Positions 60,163 through 64,000 of a DNA stretch of 64,000 bases are shown here, piece after piece (the first letter of the stretch is position 1; every line of letters begins with the position of its first letter). A program made the translations under genes and the position numbers. This DNA is from Flavobacteriales bacterium (lineage in GTDB: Bacteria; Bacteroidota; Bacteroidia; Flavobacteriales_C; GCA-002722245), in NCBI GenBank assembly GCA_002722245.1, contig PBLA01000001.1, forward strand, positions 22,292-86,291. The letters are read 5' to 3'. Below the pieces are notes generated by a model, which saw only the letters and a program-made list of their open reading frames with translations, did not search any database and was not told where the DNA came from.

Positions 60163-61312
60163 TTAGTAACAATTTAACAAGTGTTTTTATAAGCGCATCA
60201 ATATCATGAGTAGTTGAATACTTAGAAAAAGACACCCTAATGGCAGGCTGATCCATCGGAACACCAATCGCCTCTAATACATGTGATCCTTTATTGTTTC
60301 CTGAAGTACAGGCGCTACCTCCGCTTATGGCAATTCCTGCTAAATCAAGATTAAATAAAAACATGGAAACATCTTTATCCGTTTTAAAAGATACATTGAT
60401 AATAGCTGGAGAACTTTCTACCGTATTACCATTAATTGAGTATTGAATTTTTTCATGATTCAACTGGTCAATAAAATATGTCTTTAATTCAGATAACAAC
60501 GCAGTGTTTTTTACTTGTTCCTTTTTAGCATTAGAAAACGCTTCGTTTAAACCACATATTCCCCCTATATTTTCAGTTCCGCCTCTTAATCCTCTCTCTT
60601 GGTTTCCACCTGCAATAAAAGGTGCAGCATCAATATTTTGTTTTACAAAAAGAAAACCACATCCTTTAGGGCCATGAAATTTGTGCGCTGAACAACTTAA
60701 AAAATCGATATTTAGTTTTTTAACATCAATATTATAATATGGTAAGCTTTGAACCGTATCCGAGTGAAAGTAAGCATTATTTAATCCACATAAGTCAGCT
60801 ATTTGTTGAAGAGGTGCACAAGTACCAATTTCATTATTTACGTGCATAAGAGAAACAAGCGTTGTTTGTTTTTCTTTGAGCAACTTCGATAAGTGATTTA
60901 AATCTAAATTTCCTTGATTGTCAATAGTGACATATTCCACTTTAATGTCTTCAGGAAGAGATCTCAATGGATTTAAAATCGCATAATGTTCAATTTTAGA
61001 AGTAATGATTCTTCGCACTCCTAAACTTTTTACAGCCATCGAAATGGCGGTATTATTTGCTTCCGTTCCACCGGAAGTAAAAATAATTTCAGAAGGATGA
61101 GCCTGAATAAGCTGTGCTACACTCTTTCGAGCAACTTCAATTTGAGCTTTTGCTGCCCTGCCATAGGAGTGAATCGAGGAGGGGTTTCCAATTAGGTTTA
61201 AGTTGGTTTTATGCATAACATCAACTACCTCTTTTGATAAAAAGGTAGTAGCCGCATTATCTAAGTAAACCTTTGAATATGTTTTTGGACCATTGCTCAT
61301 GCGCCCTGTCAA
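60155..61312 (-). CDS. Cysteine desulfurase (class V aminotransferase, IscS/NifS family)
   Basis: LDNAATT N-terminus, SAHKFHGPKG PLP-lysine motif, SGGSACTSG active-site Cys loop. Confidence 0.85.
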   Translation of the reverse strand: MTGRMSNGPKTYSKVYLDNAATTFLSKEVVDVMHKTNLNLIGNPSSIHSYGRAAKAQIEVARKSVAQLIQAHPSEIIFTSGGTEANNTAISMAVKSLGVRRIITSKIEHYAILNPLRSLPEDIKVEYVTIDNQGNLDLNHLSKLLKEKQTTLVSLMHVNNEIGTCAPLQQIADLCGLNNAYFHSDTVQSLPYYNIDVKKLNIDFLSCSAHKFHGPKGCGFLFVKQNIDAAPFIAGGNQERGLRGGTENIGGICGLNEAFSNAKKEQVKNTALLSELKTYFIDQLNHEKIQYSINGNTVESSPAIINVSFKTDKDVSMFLFNLDLAGIAISGGSACTSGNNKGSHVLEAIGVPMDQPAIRVSFSKYSTTHDIDALIKTLVKLLLND

Positions 61313-61358
61313 TTTTTGTGAACGGATAGATTAAAGGCGTAAAGACCTTCAATCACTT

Positions 61359-62750
61359 TTAGGCAATAATTTCTTTGATATCACCAATAATTTTAGCTGC
61401 AAGTACTTCTGCTTTTTCAGCGTTCGCACTCTCTGAATAAATCCTGATAATTGGTTCAGTATTAGACTTTCTTAAATGCACCCATTCCTCAGCAAAATCA
61501 ATTTTCACACCATCAACAGTATTAATGTTTTCATGGGCATATTTAGCCTCTATTTTTTCAAGAATCAAATCAACATCAATTTCAGGTGTTAATTCAATTT
61601 TGTTTTTACTTATATGGTAATTAGGATAGCTGTTTCTTAACGTCTTTGCCGACTTGCCAGTTTTAGCCATATGCGTTAAAATTAAAGCGATACCAACAAG
61701 CGCATCTCTACCGTAATGAAGGTCAGGGAAAATAACACCACCGTTTCCTTCACCGCCAATTACAGCATTTTGAGCCTTCATTTGATTTACAACATTCACC
61801 TCGCCAACAGCCGAAGGAAAGTACTGACCACCAGCTTTTTCAGTAACATCACGCAAAGCTCTGGTTGATGACATATTAGAAACAGTATTCCCTTTTCTTT
61901 GAGTCAAAATATAGTCTGCCACAGCTACTAATGTATATTCCTCTCCAAACATACTTCCGTCTTCACAAACCAATGCTAAACGATCCACATCAGGATCAAC
62001 AACAATACCAATATCAGCCTGATTATCAACAACGGTTTTAGATATATCAGTTAAATTTTCTGGTAGAGGTTCAGGATTATGCGGAAACTGACCATTTGGT
62101 TCACAGAAAAGTTCAAATACAGTGTTAACACCTAAAGCACGTAATAATTTAGGTAATACAATACCTCCAGTAGAATTAACAGCATCAATAGCGACCTTAA
62201 ATCCCGCATTTTTAATTGCATCTACATCCACTAGCTCATGCTTAAGAATTTCTTGAATATGAATATCAAAATAATCAGATCGTTCTGAAACAGAACCTAA
62301 ATCATCTACTTCAGCGTAATTGAAATCTTCTCGCTCGGCAATTTCCAATATTTCTAAACCATTATTATTGGAAATAAACTCTCCTTTAGCGTTAAGTAAC
62401 TTCAATGCATTCCATTGCTTAGGATTGTGCGATGCTGTCAAAATAATACCTCCACTGGCATGTTCAAGCGGAACAGCAATTTCAACAGTTGGAGTAGTAG
62501 AGAGTCCAAGATTAATAACATCAATTCCTAACCCAGTAAGTGTGGAAATAACAAGATTCTCAACCATTAAACCACTAATCCGTGCATCCCTACCCACTAC
62601 AACAGTAAGGTTTTCGTTCGATTGCTTTTTCAACCACTCAGCGTAGGCGCTAGTAAATTTTACAATGTCTAATGGACTTAATCCCTCACCGGGTTTACCT
62701 CCAATTGTACCTCTAATACCTGAAATCGATTTAATTAATGCCATTTTCAA
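61359..62750 (-). CDS. glmM: Phosphoglucosamine mutase / phosphohexomutase
   Basis: IKSISGIRGTIGG, TASHNP phosphoserine loop, GGEGNGG sugar-binding loop. Confidence 0.85.
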   Translation of the reverse strand: MKMALIKSISGIRGTIGGKPGEGLSPLDIVKFTSAYAEWLKKQSNENLTVVVGRDARISGLMVENLVISTLTGLGIDVINLGLSTTPTVEIAVPLEHASGGIILTASHNPKQWNALKLLNAKGEFISNNNGLEILEIAEREDFNYAEVDDLGSVSERSDYFDIHIQEILKHELVDVDAIKNAGFKVAIDAVNSTGGIVLPKLLRALGVNTVFELFCEPNGQFPHNPEPLPENLTDISKTVVDNQADIGIVVDPDVDRLALVCEDGSMFGEEYTLVAVADYILTQRKGNTVSNMSSTRALRDVTEKAGGQYFPSAVGEVNVVNQMKAQNAVIGGEGNGGVIFPDLHYGRDALVGIALILTHMAKTGKSAKTLRNSYPNYHISKNKIELTPEIDVDLILEKIEAKYAHENINTVDGVKIDFAEEWVHLRKSNTEPIIRIYSESANAEKAEVLAAKIIGDIKEIIA

Positions 62751-62966
62751 TAAATAAAGGATACAAAATAAGAAATATTGATAGAAAACCGCCTATATTT
62801 CTTTATCTTAAGGAGGTTGTCTTTGTAAAATCTTGTAAATACGTTAATTACAAGGTTTCATGATTTTTTAACAAAAAAATTGTGGATAAGAAAGTGGTAG
62901 GATTATTGTCTATGTGTAAATAAATAACAAGATTTAATAAGCAAAGTCTAAAAACCTTAAAAGCCT

Positions 62967-64000
62967 ATGGAGTTTTTTGATGCGGGAGATGGTCAGCGGG
63001 AGTCCATACAAAGTGTTACTCGTTTTGAATCTATGGTTGCTAACCAAGAACAGTATTACTTTGATTGTGAAGAATTCCAAGATATTATAGAATACTATCT
63101 ATTAAGAACCGATTTTCAGCAAGCTAAAACAGTGGTGGATTATTCGTTAAATCTTCACCCAACTAGTATAGATTTAAAGCTTTTGAAAGCTCAAGTGTTA
63201 GTAGGGTTGTTACAATACAAGAATGCACTGGATTTAATTGAGAAAATTGAATTATTTGAACCCAATAATACAGATCTGTTTCTGGTAAAAGGAACTATTC
63301 TTAGTAAACTCAAAATGAGTGATCGAGCCATTGCATGTTTTAAGCAATGCTTATCAGATAGTGAGTATAAGGACGAAGTATATCATTTTATTGCCTCAGA
63401 GTATCAACGAAACCTAGAATATGAGGAAGCCATTAAATACTTTAAACTTTGTCTTCGTGAAAACCCTGAAAATGAAGCTGCACTTTATGAGGTAAACATG
63501 TGTTTCGAGTGCACTACTAAATTCGCTGAAGCAATTCAGTTTTACAACCAATTAATTGATGAATCGCCCTATTCAGAATCACTCTGGTTTAATTTGGCAG
63601 GAATGTATTGTAAGCTAGAATCCTGGGATAAAGCAATTGATTGTTATGATTATGCAATTGCAATTAATCCGCGTTTTTCTTCAGCCTATTTTAATAAAGC
63701 CAATGCGCTTGCAACGCATGGTGAGTATCATGCAGCTATTCAAGTGTATAAAGAGTCGTGTGATTATGAATCACCAACCTTCATCACTTATGCATATATT
63801 GGTGAATGTTATGAACGGTTAAAAGAATACGAAACGGGTCTTGAGTTTTACAAAAAATCAATTGCTCAAAACGAAGAATACGCTGAGGCATGGTTAGGTG
63901 TAGCAATTTGTCAAGATGGATTAGGGAAATCTAATGAGGCTTACGCTTCAATAACCAAAGCATTGGAACTTGATCACGAAGATCCCGATTTTTGGTATAC
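62967..64000 (+). CDS. TPR-repeat protein (partial, runs off window end)
   Basis: Manual translation from ATG 62967 is open to 64000; multiple 34-aa TPR units (AIDCYDYAIAINPRFSSAYFNKANAL...). Confidence 0.7.
   Translation, partial: MEFFDAGDGQRESIQSVTRFESMVANQEQYYFDCEEFQDIIEYYLLRTDFQQAKTVVDYSLNLHPTSIDLKLLKAQVLVGLLQYKNALDLIEKIELFEPNNTDLFLVKGTILSKLKMSDRAIACFKQCLSDSEYKDEVYHFIASEYQRNLEYEEAIKYFKLCLRENPENEAALYEVNMCFECTTKFAEAIQFYNQLIDESPYSESLWFNLAGMYCKLESWDKAIDCYDYAIAINPRFSSAYFNKANALATHGEYHAAIQVYKESCDYESPTFITYAYIGECYERLKEYETGLEFYKKSIAQNEEYAEAWLGVAICQDGLGKSNEAYASITKALELDHEDPDFWY

Overview
This is a low-GC (~35%) chromosomal segment with the gene content and order of a marine Flavobacteriia (Bacteroidetes) genome. 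Almost the whole window is tightly packed housekeeping genes. Recognisable ones include valS, miaA, a CCA-adding enzyme, tsaC, prfC, nth, prmA, tpiA, folP, mnmA, obg, guaB, a SurA-like PPIase triplet plus MoxR, queE, plsY, fabI, acpH, a cysteine desulfurase and glmM. I did not recognise any rRNA, tRNA, CRISPR array, transposase or integrase. The two most notable loci are below.

- **Proteorhodopsin (48609-49337).** A proton-pump-type proteorhodopsin with a DTE helix-C motif, Met at the position-105 spectral-tuning site and a helix-G retinal lysine. No blh (retinal synthesis) gene lies next to it.
- **Metal-uptake operon (41251-45756).** A five-gene Mn/Zn-type ABC (TroA/ABC-3) operon. One permease carries a C-terminal DtxR/MntR-like domain, and a separate DtxR-FeoA-type regulator sits at the head of the operon. 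An 18-bp perfect palindrome lies upstream.

A small accessory-looking block at 49.4-52.8 kb (alpha/beta hydrolase, hotdog thioesterase, ATL-like protein, SRPBCC protein, NYN-OST-HTH protein) and a 1551-aa secreted protein of unknown function are also worth follow-up. I could not identify a clear-cut novel multi-gene system such as a defence island, and I say so rather than over-interpret.

Everything rests on motifs read by eye from the six-frame translations. No database search was run.
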